From Pachysolen tannophilus NRRL Y-2460 (Eukaryota), in assembly GCA_001661245.1 (NCBI GenBank), contig KV454011.1:1080724-1144723 (forward strand): a DNA stretch of 64,000 nt. Direction: 5' to 3'. Made by a program: the position numbers and the translations under genes. How positions within the stretch are numbered: the stretch's first letter is position 1; every line of letters begins with the position of its first letter. Below, piece by piece: positions 11,313 through 23,162 of this stretch. Under the pieces are notes generated by a model. That model had not been told where the DNA came from. It searched no databases and saw nothing but the letters and a program-made list of their open reading frames with translations.

Positions 11313-12135
11313 TAAAACGTAATTTTTTATCAAAATATTCTTTTCTCACTTTTCTTCCCTTATATACCGTCTTTGAATATCAATCAAATTTATAATATCC
11401 GTTCCCAAGTCACCAAAAAACTTTTATAAAACAAAAACAATCAAGTTTCAATCCAATATAAATTCAAACCTTTTTTTTTTTACCGTTATTATTTATCTTT
11501 ATTATTTATTATTATCAATTATAAATTAGTTAGCTGCCTGCCATATTAAAATTGATTTTTTTTCTATTGTTTCCAAAAAGAGAGAAATTTTGAAGAAAAA
11601 AATTTAAAAAAAAATTAAAAATTAAAAAAAAAAAAAAAAAAAAGCCATAAATCAGGGCCTCAACTAACCGGATCGGGTATAATTGATTGTCCGAAAAAAG
11701 GAAAGCTTACAGATGGCCGGCTAGTCGAGGCTCGTTTAGTCGCTCACTCCACTCACACTCTCTCTAGTATTTATTAAAAGAACGAGCGGTACTTAAGACG
11801 GGTCCGAATGAGAGAGGGGTGAGAGGGTAAAAAGAAAAAAAAACCCCAAAGAAATGGCCTGTTGCGCGTCTTCAATTAAGTAACCCGAAACGAACGTTTT
11901 GGTACGTAGGTGAACGACCACGGAACAATTAAAGTTTTTTTCCAATTTTTTTTTTTTTTTTTTTTGGGCGGAAGAAGTTCCCGGCAAAAGTAGGCGGTTC
12001 CAGTAGGCGGTAGTTTAGACGGAGGTGTAAATTCCCGCTGAAAAAAATTTTTATTTTTTAAGCGGATTTTCTTATCAGGCGAAAAAAAAAAGTGTTTTTA
12101 GTACCACAAGATTACAGGACATAAACATTTAAAGA

Positions 12136-12182
12136 TTTATTATAATTTATTATAATTTATATAATTTATATAATTTATATAA
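12136..12182. repeat. AT-rich minisatellite (TTTATTATAA/TTTATATAA units)
   Basis: About five tandem 9-10 nt units upstream of VTA1. Confidence 0.75.
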
Positions 12183-12245
12183 TTGATTAATTATACTTCT
12201 TATTTTTTGTTTACGATTTATATTTTTAATCATTGATCAATCGAT

Positions 12246-13412
12246 ATGTCTGAGCAGCCAGAAGATCATGGTGAGGATTTAGGGAATGATGGTTTACATT
12301 CTGAATTACCTCCTGTTCCATCACTGCTTATAAAGACAATTCAACCTTTATTAAATAGATCAAAAGAATTAATTTCAATTGAACCAATTATATCATATTT
12401 TTGTAAATTAGATGCTGTTGAATTAATATTAGATAAAAAATTACATTTAACTTCAAATGAAATTTCAAGTTTTACAATGTCATTATTGGATCATATTGAA
12501 TTTTTGAAAAAAAATTTACCACAAGAAGAATTAAATATTATTAATGATAAGGATAAATCTTATAAATATGTTGAAGATTTTGCAATTGCTATATTTAATA
12601 AAAGTTATTTGGATGTTATAAATCATACAACTTCAAAATCAACAGTTTCTACTTTTAATGCATCAATTGTTTTTTTAAATTTATTAAAATTATGGAATGA
12701 TGGAATATTAAATCCAGAAATATTAATGAAATTAAAATATGCAAAATTTCATCTGATGAGAATAATTAAAGATTATAAAGAGGGAAAAGATCCAAATGAT
12801 TATATGCCTCCAGAAGATTTAACAAGAGATGTACAGAATGAAATTGATGAATCATTATCAGGAACAAATCATTTGGAAAAGGAAAATGATGAGGAAATTT
12901 TATTAAAAAAAACTTCTTTTATAAATAATCAACCTAATAATAAAGATTTTTCATTGCCACAAGTACCAAACTTTATTGACAAAGAAGAAGATGAAAAAAA
13001 GGAAATACCAAATCCTCCTTCTTTACCAAATGCTCCAAATTTTACAGACTACCAACAAAGTTCAGGGCAAAATGATCACTTCTCTTCTCCATCTCCCGTC
13101 AGCCATATACCGACATCACCATCGCTGCTTCCACCTACATCTACTGATGAACAACCCCCACACTCACCTTCGGTCTTACCTTCGGTCTTACCTTCAGTCT
13201 CACAAACTAATAAAGCTCCCTCCTCTCACCAGAGAAAGACAAGTTCCTCATCTACAAAATACAACGTTGATGAAATCATTACACAAGAACAAAAAATATC
13301 TAAAGCACAAAAATATTGTAAATTTGCTGTAAGTGCATTGAATTATGAAGATATTGAAACTGCAATACAAGAATTGAAAAATGCTTTAAATTTATTAGAA
13401 AAAGAAGAATAA
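12246..13412 (+). CDS. VTA1: Vps4 cofactor Vta1 (ESCRT)
   Basis: N-terminal MIT-like region (PIISYFCKL, KLKYAKFH..I..GKDPN), Pro-rich linker, C-terminal VSL domain (AQKYCKFAVSALNYEDIETAIQEL). Confidence 0.92.
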   Translation: MSEQPEDHGEDLGNDGLHSELPPVPSLLIKTIQPLLNRSKELISIEPIISYFCKLDAVELILDKKLHLTSNEISSFTMSLLDHIEFLKKNLPQEELNIINDKDKSYKYVEDFAIAIFNKSYLDVINHTTSKSTVSTFNASIVFLNLLKLWNDGILNPEILMKLKYAKFHLMRIIKDYKEGKDPNDYMPPEDLTRDVQNEIDESLSGTNHLEKENDEEILLKKTSFINNQPNNKDFSLPQVPNFIDKEEDEKKEIPNPPSLPNAPNFTDYQQSSGQNDHFSSPSPVSHIPTSPSLLPPTSTDEQPPHSPSVLPSVLPSVSQTNKAPSSHQRKTSSSSTKYNVDEIITQEQKISKAQKYCKFAVSALNYEDIETAIQELKNALNLLEKEE

Positions 13413-13701
13413 TTAAATTATACTATTAATTACTAAATCGTTTTTTAATAATAAATATTTATAAATGTATATTTCATTTTTCATTAAATATGGTTCTCTA
13501 TAATATCTTCAGCCTAACCATTTAAAATAGCAATGTAATCATGATTTACTTTAGGCCTTTCTAAGAAAAAAAAAAAAAAAGTGAAAAGGAAAATAAAATA
13601 AAAATAAAAGAAAATCACACATATAAAAGAAAAAAATTTTTATTAAAATAACAAGCCATAACTTTTAAAATCACAATAGAAAAAAAAAAATGAAAAACAA
13701 C

Positions 13702-16700
13702 CTAAAATTCTTCGGCATCTTTATATAAAGCACCATCATTATCACTACTATTATCACCAAGAGCATGATTTTTTTCTGACAGATCATCTTCTTCCACTCT
13801 TATTGTAGTATCTTTATCATTTTCGTATTCAGAATGATCTACTTCAGCCTTATCATCTTCTGGCTGTTCAGAAACAACAGGTATTTCGCTATTAATATTT
13901 GAACTAGATTCAAAAGGCGTCACAGGTGATACACTTTCATTTTCATGGTTACTGCCAGAATTTAACGTAAAGCTTGACGAAACTTGAAGATCATGTTTTC
14001 TTCTTAACCTGTCCCTAGCTCTCGAACTTCTTAATTCATTATTGGATGATGATCTACTCATGCTTTGTTCACTATTATTCGCTCTGATAGCTTCTAATAA
14101 ATGCCTTGCTCTTATTGCAACATCATCATCAGTTTCAGTAGGTGATATTGGAGATGCCACTTCACTTTGTGATGGGAAGTCATCGTTCATTAAAGATGCA
14201 GATGTAGGTAACGTCAATGGCTGTTGAGCATTTTCTGTAATAATTGATGTTGCCAGGTCATCACTTTCGGAATCACTTTCTTGTTGCTGCTCTTTTAATA
14301 ATGTCTCTGAAGTGGAGGACAATAATGAATCATTAGAAAAATTATTATTGTTTGATGGATCTAGGTTACCTTTCATTCTTCTTGCTAAAGCTCTTCTTCT
14401 AGCAGAAGCAGGATTTCCAACAGGCCCTGCTAACTTCAATTTTTCCAATAAGGCATCCATAACATTATCTTCCGGTTGGTCATCACCTTCAGTTGCTGAT
14501 TTTTCCTTACCGTTAGTGTTATTTCCATTTGCTGCATTGGCCTTTTCCATCATTCTAACTCTCCTTAAATATGCCAGTTCTTCCTCGTCTTTCTTGATAT
14601 TTTCCTTTCTAGCTCTTTCAAATTCATTAACAAAATCAGAAAATTTCTTGATAAATGAATTCCTAGAGAAAGAATCAGTAGGATCTTCTCCGAAATACCT
14701 CATTAATTTATCAAATTCGGCTAGTGTAATCTTGGCTTGTTCTTGTAATAGTTCACTCTTGCGTCTTGCTGCGGGTAATTTAGGTAGCACTCTAGCAAGA
14801 ACTCTATCTTCCGGATGGAATTTTGATGAATCGCTCAAGTTTCCAATATCAATTGATGAATCAATATTTTTGATTTGAGCTGAGAAATCTTTACAGTCAT
14901 TGGAAACTTGTTCTATTGATAACTTGGCAACTTCAAGACATTTCGATAGTTCATGGAAGAAATTCTTCTCTTCAGGATAAGTTCTCCTAATTATTTTTTC
15001 AACGTAATGCAAAAAAGTCATAGAATTCTTATCATCCTTCATAAAACTTAATCTTTGCAAAGTACTCAATTTGAAACCTTGGGCTTGTTTTGTAGTGTCA
15101 TTCATATAGTTTCCAACTGCCAATATTATATCAAAAATATGCCTGAGATTTTGAGAATTTTTTATACTCTCAACTGCTTCATCAAGAGTTCTCAATTTTG
15201 CAACCAAATCTTCATAATCCTTTTCGTAAGTACTTACAATTCTCAAAGCTCTAATCCTAGATTTCCAATAATGTTGCAAGTTATAGATCAATTCGAGGTA
15301 AATTCTGTCAGCCCGAGCCAATTCATTTGGATCCTTCTCTGGTGGTTTAATATCAGAAGTACCTGTTGTATAATCAGTGCTATATGGTTCTAGGTTTCTA
15401 GCTACACCATTTGGAATCTCCACTAATTCCGGTTTATCCAAGAACTCGAGCACAGCTATGTTATTTAATACAGATTTGTCACACCTTAAAATTTTCAAAA
15501 CAACTTGTTCATCACTATCACTTGAAAACATATGCAAATTGATTCCAAACTGTTGAGAAAGATCTCTGGACAAGAAAGAAACTTTTTCAACTTCACCTTT
15601 TCTTCTACTAGCTAATATCTTAGCTTCTCTTGCTGCAAAAATTCTTTCAATCTCATCAAAAATTCCTTTCTCCATTAAATCGTTTGCGACAGCTTCTGAA
15701 TTTAATTCTTGCCAGAAAGAATCTTCAGTGTTATCAATCTTATCCCAATGTAATTGTTTCAACTTCTTCTTCGGTCTTGGAAATTTATCAAACAGATTAG
15801 GAATTGGAGACAGCGGTAAGGGACTTGCTGTTTTAAGCTTTCCATTTGGATCAGGTAATGGTGGAGCTGGCGGTGGAGGGGCACCATCTTTGCCTTGTAA
15901 AAACGGAGGAGGTGGAGGGGGTGGAGGAGCTGATGAGGTAGATTTGTTATCGAAAAATGGAGGTGGAGGTGGAGGTGGCGGCGGTGGAGGAGGCAGAGCA
16001 GCAGCACCAGTTTTGTTGAATAAATCAGCTGGTAAAGGCGGTGGTGGTGGTGGTGGCAGAGTATTGTTGATAGGCGGTGTATTTAATGCTTCATTTTTCT
16101 TCTCCACTGATTCGACTTTTGAAACAATTTCTGAGTCTTCCGCTTTGTCAACCTCATAAACATCCTCATTTAGATCATCAGATTTATCATCGGATATCGC
16201 TGACGCCTTGCCAACTTTTGAAGTTAATTCTTTTAAAAATTTAGGTTCCATTCCGGCACTTCTGTTGATTGAATCATTTGAAAAACGTGAAATTTCACCA
16301 CTCACCACATTTTCTGATACTGGCTTAATTTTTCCTTTTATATACTTAGCTTCGAGAGCAGCTAATCTATCATTATCATTGTTGCTATTTGAAGCAGAAG
16401 ATAAATGTGAACGTATGGACAACAGTCTTTTAAAAGTAGCGAAATCTTCTTTTTCCTTTGGAGACCGAAGTAATTTCGATTCTAAATCCTTTGCTAATTC
16501 TTCAACTTCATCCAACTCTCTTTCTAACTTACCATGAGAAGATGGATCCAAGGTTTTGTACTCGGATGCAAAAGCATCGCTATCATCATCATCATCGTCA
16601 TCATCCAAAGAGAAATCAATATTGAAATCCAGAAATTTAGATTCTAATTCTTTTAATCTTTCCAAAGCCAAGTAACGTTGCTTTTTAATAAATTCTTGTT

Positions 16701-19587
16701 TCGATAGGTCATGTTGATATTTAGCAATATCATTTGACTCTTTTTGTAAAGATTTTAATTTGTCTCTCAATTTTTCTAATTTTGCAAAATCATCTTGCTT
16801 AGCTGGTCTCAATGAAACTGGAGGTTGATGCTGCTGCTGTGGGTTTTGCGGTAAAGGCGGAAGCAGCTTCTCTTTCTTAGGTCTCTCAATATCAACAAAA
16901 TCAGTCATTTCCAATTCTCTCGCCTGTTGTAAGACATCATCCATTTGATCTCTCAAAACTCTTAATCTTGGTGATGGATCAACACCAACATTTCCATACT
17001 TTCTACTCTCAGCTTTATATTCAAATTTTTTCCTTTCAATTTGATCTTGAAGTCTTTTAATTAACTCGTTTTTAGTATTACCAGCTTTTATTCCAGAAGC
17101 AGGTCTATTAGTGTTTGCATTCTGTTCAGAAGAAATTATACCATTATTTTGTAAAAGTATAAACATCTCTCTCATTTCTAATTCTTGTTCATGTTTTTCT
17201 AATATTTTCTTCCTCTTTATTTCTTCTATTTCTTCCATAAGTTCATTATTCATTCTTCTCTGTTTAGAAATAAGTAATGACTGTTCACTTAGTTCTTGTT
17301 TTAATCTATCAATTAGTCCATCTGTACCCATACTCAATTGTCTCAACAATTCATCTCTTTCAGCAAAGGCTTCTTCAGCTTTCTTTTGGGCTTCTCTCGA
17401 GTCCAATATTGCTCTGCGTGCAACATCATCAGTTTGCAAAGACGAATACAACGTATTTATAGCTATATTCAAAGCTGTATCATCGTCCGCAGATGCTGCT
17501 GAAGACATTGAAATCTTTGATATTAAACCATCAATTAATTTAAAATGTCTTGTAATATCAGGATTATTTGCAGTTTTTGATGGATCAGTTTGAGATAAAA
17601 ATAAATGTTGAATTGCAGATTTCAAATATTTTTCAGAATCAGTACCTTTTGTCTTCTCCCATAATCTGCTTATAACTGAGATTGGATCTTCTAAATTGAC
17701 ATCTTCATTTTCTAATTGTTTCAATTGATCAAAATCTTGTAATTCTAGATCTTCATACCTTAATATTTGTTCATTAAGTATATCATAATCCAACAGTCTA
17801 AATTTATCAAAGACTTCAAATAATCCACATTTTTTTAAAAGAGATCTAATATGCAATCTTTGTCTTAAATCAGAAGAACCAGAAACCATAGTATTAATTA
17901 ATAACATTGTAGTTAGACAATATTCTAATAATTGACCTTCACTACTTATTCCTGCCATTTTCATTTCTTCACTAGCACCAACTAAAGATCCCATTTTACC
18001 TCTACCATCTAAAGTTTTTGATATGAATTGAATCCATTTTTCATATCTTTTTGAATTAGAAGTAGTTGTATCACTTATAGAAGAAGATGAAGAAACAATA
18101 CTTCTTGTTGGAGATGCACTTCTTGCTGTTACTGATCTTCTCTTTTTCTGTTCTTGTTTTTCATAATATGCAATATGAAAGTTATAACCTACAGGGCCTT
18201 CCATTACTTTTAATATTTGATTATAACCAGTTTCATCATTTGATTTTAATTTCCAATGTCCAACAAATGTTAACATATCTGTAACGTGTTTTCTAGTTTG
18301 AATTCTTGATGAAAAAAGAGCAGAAGATACAGCACTGGAAAATATTTTTGATTGAATAGCAGAACTAGCACCATCTGGAAGATTAATTAAATTTTTTAAA
18401 CACCTAATAATTGCAATTTCTTTTTCTAATAATATATTATAATCTTCTGAAGGATAATAAAAATTTGGAGTATTTATTAATTCACCTTCAACTGGTTGTT
18501 GTTTTTGTGTTTGTTGTAATGAAGTTGGTGTAATGAATGTAGGATCAGTTTTATATAATTTTAATAACAAATTACATAATGCAATAACACCTTGAGAATC
18601 AATAAAAGTTTTAACCCAATTTACTTCTTCAGTTCTAATAGAAACAGACAATGCACCTAATCTAGCCACTGTTATCTTATTACCTATAATATTTTTAACA
18701 TAAAATTCCGGAGTTAATAATTCTTCATCATTTATTTGTCTTTTATTATAAACCAGAGGAGATGCACCAGGTACAGGTTGACTCAGATACAGTTGTGGAT
18801 TTTGATGTTTTAATCTTTTCTGTTTTTTATAATCTGCTAATTTATCCTGGTAAATTAACATCCATTTTTTTTGAGCAGAATAATTTTTCATTTCTGTCTT
18901 TGCCTTTTCAGGTAAATTTTCAAAATCTCTCTTTGCCATTAATTCATCAAACATGCTATGTATTACTCTTTCATCTTTCGGTTGCTCTAATTTAAAATCA
19001 GCAGATAAAGAATGTTTATGAGCTTTAACATAACTCCCATCTTTCTTTTGACTATTTGATGAATTTACTGTTTTAACTGTATGCATTGAATTTACTGTTA
19101 TATTTGTAGGAATACTTCTTAAATCATAAAGGCTACTACCAGCATTACTTCCAGTATACCTATGTTGTGAATCAAGAAAATTATTATTAGTATGATGTTG
19201 ATGATTATTATTATGATGATGATGATTACCGTTATTTGTATTATTATGATTATGATTAACCGCCGTTGATGTTGAAGTAGAAATAGATGATTTCCTACTT
19301 GGTGATATTTGAATAGGCGCTGAAATTGAATTATGTGATAGCGCCCTTACCGGTGATGAATTACTATTCTTATTAAATAATGTACTTGCAGAAGACATAT
19401 TCGATGAAATACTATTTTGTCTCTTTGTTGTTTCTTGAGTTTCTTCTTGATTTAAATTTTTGGTAGAAGTTTTCCCCAACTTGTTTTTAAAATTAAAAAT
19501 CGACCCTGTTGGCGACTTCAATTCCCCATTATTAGATGAGTTGGAAGATGAAGGTCGCTTTGAGTTTTCACTTTGTAAACGTTTCAT
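13702..19587 (-). CDS. BNI1: Formin Bni1 (GBD/FH3, FH1, FH2, DAD)
   Basis: 1961 aa. GRGKMGSLVGAS, poly-Pro FH1, FH2 motifs (PKKKLKQLHWDKI, ILAVGNYMND, AQGFKLSTLQRL), DAD motif VMDALLEKL. Confidence 0.93.
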   Translation of the reverse strand: MKRLQSENSKRPSSSNSSNNGELKSPTGSIFNFKNKLGKTSTKNLNQEETQETTKRQNSISSNMSSASTLFNKNSNSSPVRALSHNSISAPIQISPSRKSSISTSTSTAVNHNHNNTNNGNHHHHNNNHQHHTNNNFLDSQHRYTGSNAGSSLYDLRSIPTNITVNSMHTVKTVNSSNSQKKDGSYVKAHKHSLSADFKLEQPKDERVIHSMFDELMAKRDFENLPEKAKTEMKNYSAQKKWMLIYQDKLADYKKQKRLKHQNPQLYLSQPVPGASPLVYNKRQINDEELLTPEFYVKNIIGNKITVARLGALSVSIRTEEVNWVKTFIDSQGVIALCNLLLKLYKTDPTFITPTSLQQTQKQQPVEGELINTPNFYYPSEDYNILLEKEIAIIRCLKNLINLPDGASSAIQSKIFSSAVSSALFSSRIQTRKHVTDMLTFVGHWKLKSNDETGYNQILKVMEGPVGYNFHIAYYEKQEQKKRRSVTARSASPTRSIVSSSSSISDTTTSNSKRYEKWIQFISKTLDGRGKMGSLVGASEEMKMAGISSEGQLLEYCLTTMLLINTMVSGSSDLRQRLHIRSLLKKCGLFEVFDKFRLLDYDILNEQILRYEDLELQDFDQLKQLENEDVNLEDPISVISRLWEKTKGTDSEKYLKSAIQHLFLSQTDPSKTANNPDITRHFKLIDGLISKISMSSAASADDDTALNIAINTLYSSLQTDDVARRAILDSREAQKKAEEAFAERDELLRQLSMGTDGLIDRLKQELSEQSLLISKQRRMNNELMEEIEEIKRKKILEKHEQELEMREMFILLQNNGIISSEQNANTNRPASGIKAGNTKNELIKRLQDQIERKKFEYKAESRKYGNVGVDPSPRLRVLRDQMDDVLQQARELEMTDFVDIERPKKEKLLPPLPQNPQQQHQPPVSLRPAKQDDFAKLEKLRDKLKSLQKESNDIAKYQHDLSKQEFIKKQRYLALERLKELESKFLDFNIDFSLDDDDDDDDSDAFASEYKTLDPSSHGKLERELDEVEELAKDLESKLLRSPKEKEDFATFKRLLSIRSHLSSASNSNNDNDRLAALEAKYIKGKIKPVSENVVSGEISRFSNDSINRSAGMEPKFLKELTSKVGKASAISDDKSDDLNEDVYEVDKAEDSEIVSKVESVEKKNEALNTPPINNTLPPPPPPPLPADLFNKTGAAALPPPPPPPPPPPPFFDNKSTSSAPPPPPPPPFLQGKDGAPPPPAPPLPDPNGKLKTASPLPLSPIPNLFDKFPRPKKKLKQLHWDKIDNTEDSFWQELNSEAVANDLMEKGIFDEIERIFAAREAKILASRRKGEVEKVSFLSRDLSQQFGINLHMFSSDSDEQVVLKILRCDKSVLNNIAVLEFLDKPELVEIPNGVARNLEPYSTDYTTGTSDIKPPEKDPNELARADRIYLELIYNLQHYWKSRIRALRIVSTYEKDYEDLVAKLRTLDEAVESIKNSQNLRHIFDIILAVGNYMNDTTKQAQGFKLSTLQRLSFMKDDKNSMTFLHYVEKIIRRTYPEEKNFFHELSKCLEVAKLSIEQVSNDCKDFSAQIKNIDSSIDIGNLSDSSKFHPEDRVLARVLPKLPAARRKSELLQEQAKITLAEFDKLMRYFGEDPTDSFSRNSFIKKFSDFVNEFERARKENIKKDEEELAYLRRVRMMEKANAANGNNTNGKEKSATEGDDQPEDNVMDALLEKLKLAGPVGNPASARRRALARRMKGNLDPSNNNNFSNDSLLSSTSETLLKEQQQESDSESDDLATSIITENAQQPLTLPTSASLMNDDFPSQSEVASPISPTETDDDVAIRARHLLEAIRANNSEQSMSRSSSNNELRSSRARDRLRRKHDLQVSSSFTLNSGSNHENESVSPVTPFESSSNINSEIPVVSEQPEDDKAEVDHSEYENDKDTTIRVEEDDLSEKNHALGDNSSDNDGALYKDAEEF

Positions 19588-19624
19588 TCTCTATTATTTA
19601 CCAACCCCAGTACAAATAATAATA

Positions 19625-19830
19625 ATATATATTATATTATATTATATTATATTATATCAATAATACTACTATGCTTTTAATTCTTTCTTTTCTCTTTCCT
19701 GTGCACACTTCTTATAGTCTCAGGGTATATATATATATATTTATTCCTTTTCCAAATATGTAAATATATATAATATATATAATATATAATATATAATATA
19801 TAGTATATATATATATATATATACTATATA
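19625..19830. repeat. AT-only microsatellite cluster ((ATATT)n, (TATATAA)n, (TA)n) in the BNI1-SEC2 divergent promoter
   Basis: Seen at about 19626-19655, 19726-19740 and 19765-19830. Confidence 0.75.
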
Positions 19831-20399
19831 TAAACACAAATATCAACTAAAAGATAAAACTTATAGAAGCATATAGCGTTAAGAATCGATTGATTGGTTG
19901 TATAAATAAATATTTATCTATATTATCAATAAATGTTCGTTTATTTTATCATTACGGGTTTTTTCTACTGCTGAATTCAATTTTTTTTTTAATTTTTTTT
20001 TTTTTCCTTCCAAATTGAGACAACGAGAGAGCGTTTGACTCGGTTTGAATTTATAAAACAAAAAGAACAAAAAGCAAAAAAAAAGAATAGGACGCGCCCA
20101 TACAATAATTTATTCTTCATATTTTTAAATTTGTAAAAAAAAAATCTCCTCAATTAGAAGAATAAATCTATATATATATATTAAAACAATTCACATACAC
20201 ACATATATACACTTTTGTTCTGTTCTAAAATAATCGTTAATATAAGCATTTTAATGAGGTGTTTTACTACAAATCACTTAAAGAAAACATTGTTGTGGTC
20301 GTGCACTGAAACACATAAAAATAAAATGTAAACCTCAATGAATTATGGTATCAAATCCATGTTGAATTGTATATTTGTATATTTGTTAAATTTTAAATA

Positions 20400-20400
<1 letters not shown>

Positions 20401-20436
<36 letters not shown>
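20401..20436. repeat. (TTA)n microsatellite
   Basis: About 12 TTA units just upstream of SEC2. Confidence 0.9.
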
Positions 20437-20495
20437 GTTATTTTTTTATTTTTTTTAGTACTTTCTTTTTTCATTTTTAGAGAAGTATTAGAAAA

Positions 20496-22841
20496 ATGAC
20501 TTCTGTTTCTTCTCCAATTCAAACCAATGAGAGTGGTAACAAGCGAAACAACGTTGATGAAGAGAATGAAGAAGATCGGAGGATTTCTCAAGAAGTTTCT
20601 TCATTATCTACAAAGTTAATAGAAGCTATAGAGAGACAATCATCTTTGGAGACTTCGAATAATAATTTACGGAAACAGATCACGCAGTTGACCAATGAAT
20701 TGGATGAATTGAGTGAAGTAAGGAGCAAATATGATGAATTATTGGAAAGTAATCGGAATTTGCTAAAAGTACACGAGACGACTTTAAAATTGAAAGATAA
20801 TGCTGAAAATGAAGTTAGAAACTTGAGAGTGGAAGTGGAAGATCTTTCTACTAGTTTATTTAATGAAGCTAATAAGATGGTTAAAGAAGCTAGGGTTGAA
20901 AAGGAAACTTTTAGGTTGAAAAATATTAAATTGGTGGATACTTTAAATGAAAAAGATACACTTATTGAAAGCCTTACTGGAGAATTAAGAATATTAAAAG
21001 ATGTGATTTATAATTTGGAAAATAAAGAAGGTATTAAGAGGCAATCTACTCTGTATAATAATAATAATACTCCTAATGCTTCAAGTGAGAATCTTGTTTT
21101 CAATTCTCAATCGAATAATACTTCAAAAGATTCTTTAAGTAAGCTGGCTACTCTTACACCTTCTTTTAAAGAAACTTTCCCATCAGTATCAATATTACAA
21201 TCACCAAGGTTGATGAATTTTGATCAAGAACCAATATACACTCCAATCTACAACTCTTTAAGGTTTGATTTAACAAATTTCCAAGATTTTGTTAGATTTC
21301 TTAAATTTTTATATAATAGAAATGTTAATGCAAGAATAATACAACCTGTGGATTATAGTATATTAAAAGAAACTGGGTTTTTCAAAAAAATTTTCAAAGA
21401 TGAAATTGAACCAACTTTAAATGTCGATGATGCTCCAGATGTTGGATATTTTAATAGAAAAAATTTTGTAAGCGCCTTGATTGAAGGTAGAGTGATTATT
21501 GAACCAATCAGTGGCGTGAATGAAACTTTTAAAGTTGGACATAAAAAGCAAGATGATGATGATAGTAGTACAAGTGTAGAAAAGGATGATCTGGCTTCTT
21601 CTGTGGCTTCTTCAACAACACCAGCTACTCAACAACAACAACAATTTACAAATGAAAATTCAAATTCAAATTCAAATTCAATTTCAGATAATAAAGATTC
21701 AAAAGATTCAGAACTGAATTCATCTATTGCTACTATAAAGAACAATTTGTTCTCATACCCTAAAGATTCTCCACCTGTTGCCACTTTAGCTTCATGTTCA
21801 ATTTGTGGAGAGTCAAGAAATGATATCTTGGAACATTCAAGATTATATACTTTGAAATTATACGCCAAGAAACCTTCTATAATACATCAGCATAAATATG
21901 ATCCACCATCTTCACCTACAAATCTTCATACTGGTTTACCAAATGAAAGTCCTTCTTCAAGCAGAGCAATGTTAGAAATATCTCATCAATATTCATTATG
22001 TAATTATTGTTTGATTAAGATAAGGCATGTTTGTGAATTTTTCGCTTTTATTAGAAATGTTAATAATTCTCCAAAAACTAAAATTTGGAATTTTAACTCT
22101 ACTCAACAATCAAATGAAGATTTAAATATAGAGTTTATAAAAGCTTGGTTCCATGTTTCTAAAATAAGAGCAAAAATATTTTGGGCAAGAGTAGGAATTT
22201 GGGATGTTAACGAAGCAACAGGAACAACCACCACAAATAGCAACTCAAACACTCCTTCTAACCCTTCTGCTAATGATAATTTTAGCAGTGATAGTAAAGA
22301 TTTGAGTTATAGAGGCTCAATCATTGGAACAGGAATCATTGCTGGAAATAGAACAAGTTTCTTGGATAGTGTTAGTGTTGGTGGTGGTACTTCGATAAAT
22401 CAAGGTAGAAGATTAGATGCAACTCCACCTTTCAAACCTTCTGTTACTCGTACTGTATCTGGAAGACAACCAATAGTTAGTGATATGACAGTAACTGAAA
22501 AAGATATAGTTGAAAAAGCAAGAGAAGATGAAGTTGATCCAAATGATACAATAATAGATGGTAATGATGAACCTCTTGTTGTCACCACCGAGTTGCAAGA
22601 TAACCTGTCTTTACAAAGTATACAAAGTAAAACAAAACAAGATGTGATCTCTCCAATGAGTGAAGAAAGCGTATTTGGTAATATTCTTGATGAATATGGC
22701 ACAGATGAACATGAAGAATCAGAAGAAAAAGTTGTGCCCAGCTCTGAAGCACCACCAACAGATACTAAAAAACCCGCAGAAACTGAATCCGAAGAAGAAG
22801 ACTCGGTAGAGTTCAACGATGCTGCTGAACACTTGTCTTAG
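20496..22841 (+). CDS. SEC2: Rab (Sec4) guanine-nucleotide exchange factor Sec2
   Basis: N-terminal coiled coil with EVEDLSTSLFNEANKMVKEAR; C-terminal CSICGESR...CNYC and KIFWARVGIW. Confidence 0.92.
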   Translation: MTSVSSPIQTNESGNKRNNVDEENEEDRRISQEVSSLSTKLIEAIERQSSLETSNNNLRKQITQLTNELDELSEVRSKYDELLESNRNLLKVHETTLKLKDNAENEVRNLRVEVEDLSTSLFNEANKMVKEARVEKETFRLKNIKLVDTLNEKDTLIESLTGELRILKDVIYNLENKEGIKRQSTLYNNNNTPNASSENLVFNSQSNNTSKDSLSKLATLTPSFKETFPSVSILQSPRLMNFDQEPIYTPIYNSLRFDLTNFQDFVRFLKFLYNRNVNARIIQPVDYSILKETGFFKKIFKDEIEPTLNVDDAPDVGYFNRKNFVSALIEGRVIIEPISGVNETFKVGHKKQDDDDSSTSVEKDDLASSVASSTTPATQQQQQFTNENSNSNSNSISDNKDSKDSELNSSIATIKNNLFSYPKDSPPVATLASCSICGESRNDILEHSRLYTLKLYAKKPSIIHQHKYDPPSSPTNLHTGLPNESPSSSRAMLEISHQYSLCNYCLIKIRHVCEFFAFIRNVNNSPKTKIWNFNSTQQSNEDLNIEFIKAWFHVSKIRAKIFWARVGIWDVNEATGTTTTNSNSNTPSNPSANDNFSSDSKDLSYRGSIIGTGIIAGNRTSFLDSVSVGGGTSINQGRRLDATPPFKPSVTRTVSGRQPIVSDMTVTEKDIVEKAREDEVDPNDTIIDGNDEPLVVTTELQDNLSLQSIQSKTKQDVISPMSEESVFGNILDEYGTDEHEESEEKVVPSSEAPPTDTKKPAETESEEEDSVEFNDAAEHLS

Positions 22842-23162
22842 CTTACTAGAAAGCTCAAAGCTCATCTCATCTCTTCATAGTATATAGAAGTATAGTAAAG
22901 AGATTCTGTAACATAAAATGAAATCATGGATTGATAAAACCAACACTACTTTTGTAATTTATTTGTTAAAAGAAACTCTTTTTTAGAGGCTTATGTATTT
23001 ATTATAATATATCATAATATATCAATCAATATATATATCATTTCAATTTCAATATCATTTCAATATCATATCATATTCCGAGAAAGAGGGGTCTGGAAAT
23101 ATTATAGTTGTCATCATATCATTGTAAAATTCAAATGCCAATATAGAAGTTAGTTTATAAGA

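Noticed and set aside
11240..11367. Possible 5' UTR intron in SWI6 (AACTAAT, T tract, AAG)
   Set aside because: The only candidate donor is a weak GTATAT; not supportable without RNA data.
14312..17593. Several antisense ORFs of 100-190 aa inside BNI1, including a Gly-rich one at 15728-16159
   Set aside because: Shadows of the formin's codon bias; the poly-Gly is the reverse complement of FH1 poly-Pro.
20027..20041. AGAGCGTTTGACTC, identical to part of the tRNA-Lys D and anticodon arms
   Set aside because: Only 14 nt, with no T arm or acceptor stem nearby; probably chance.
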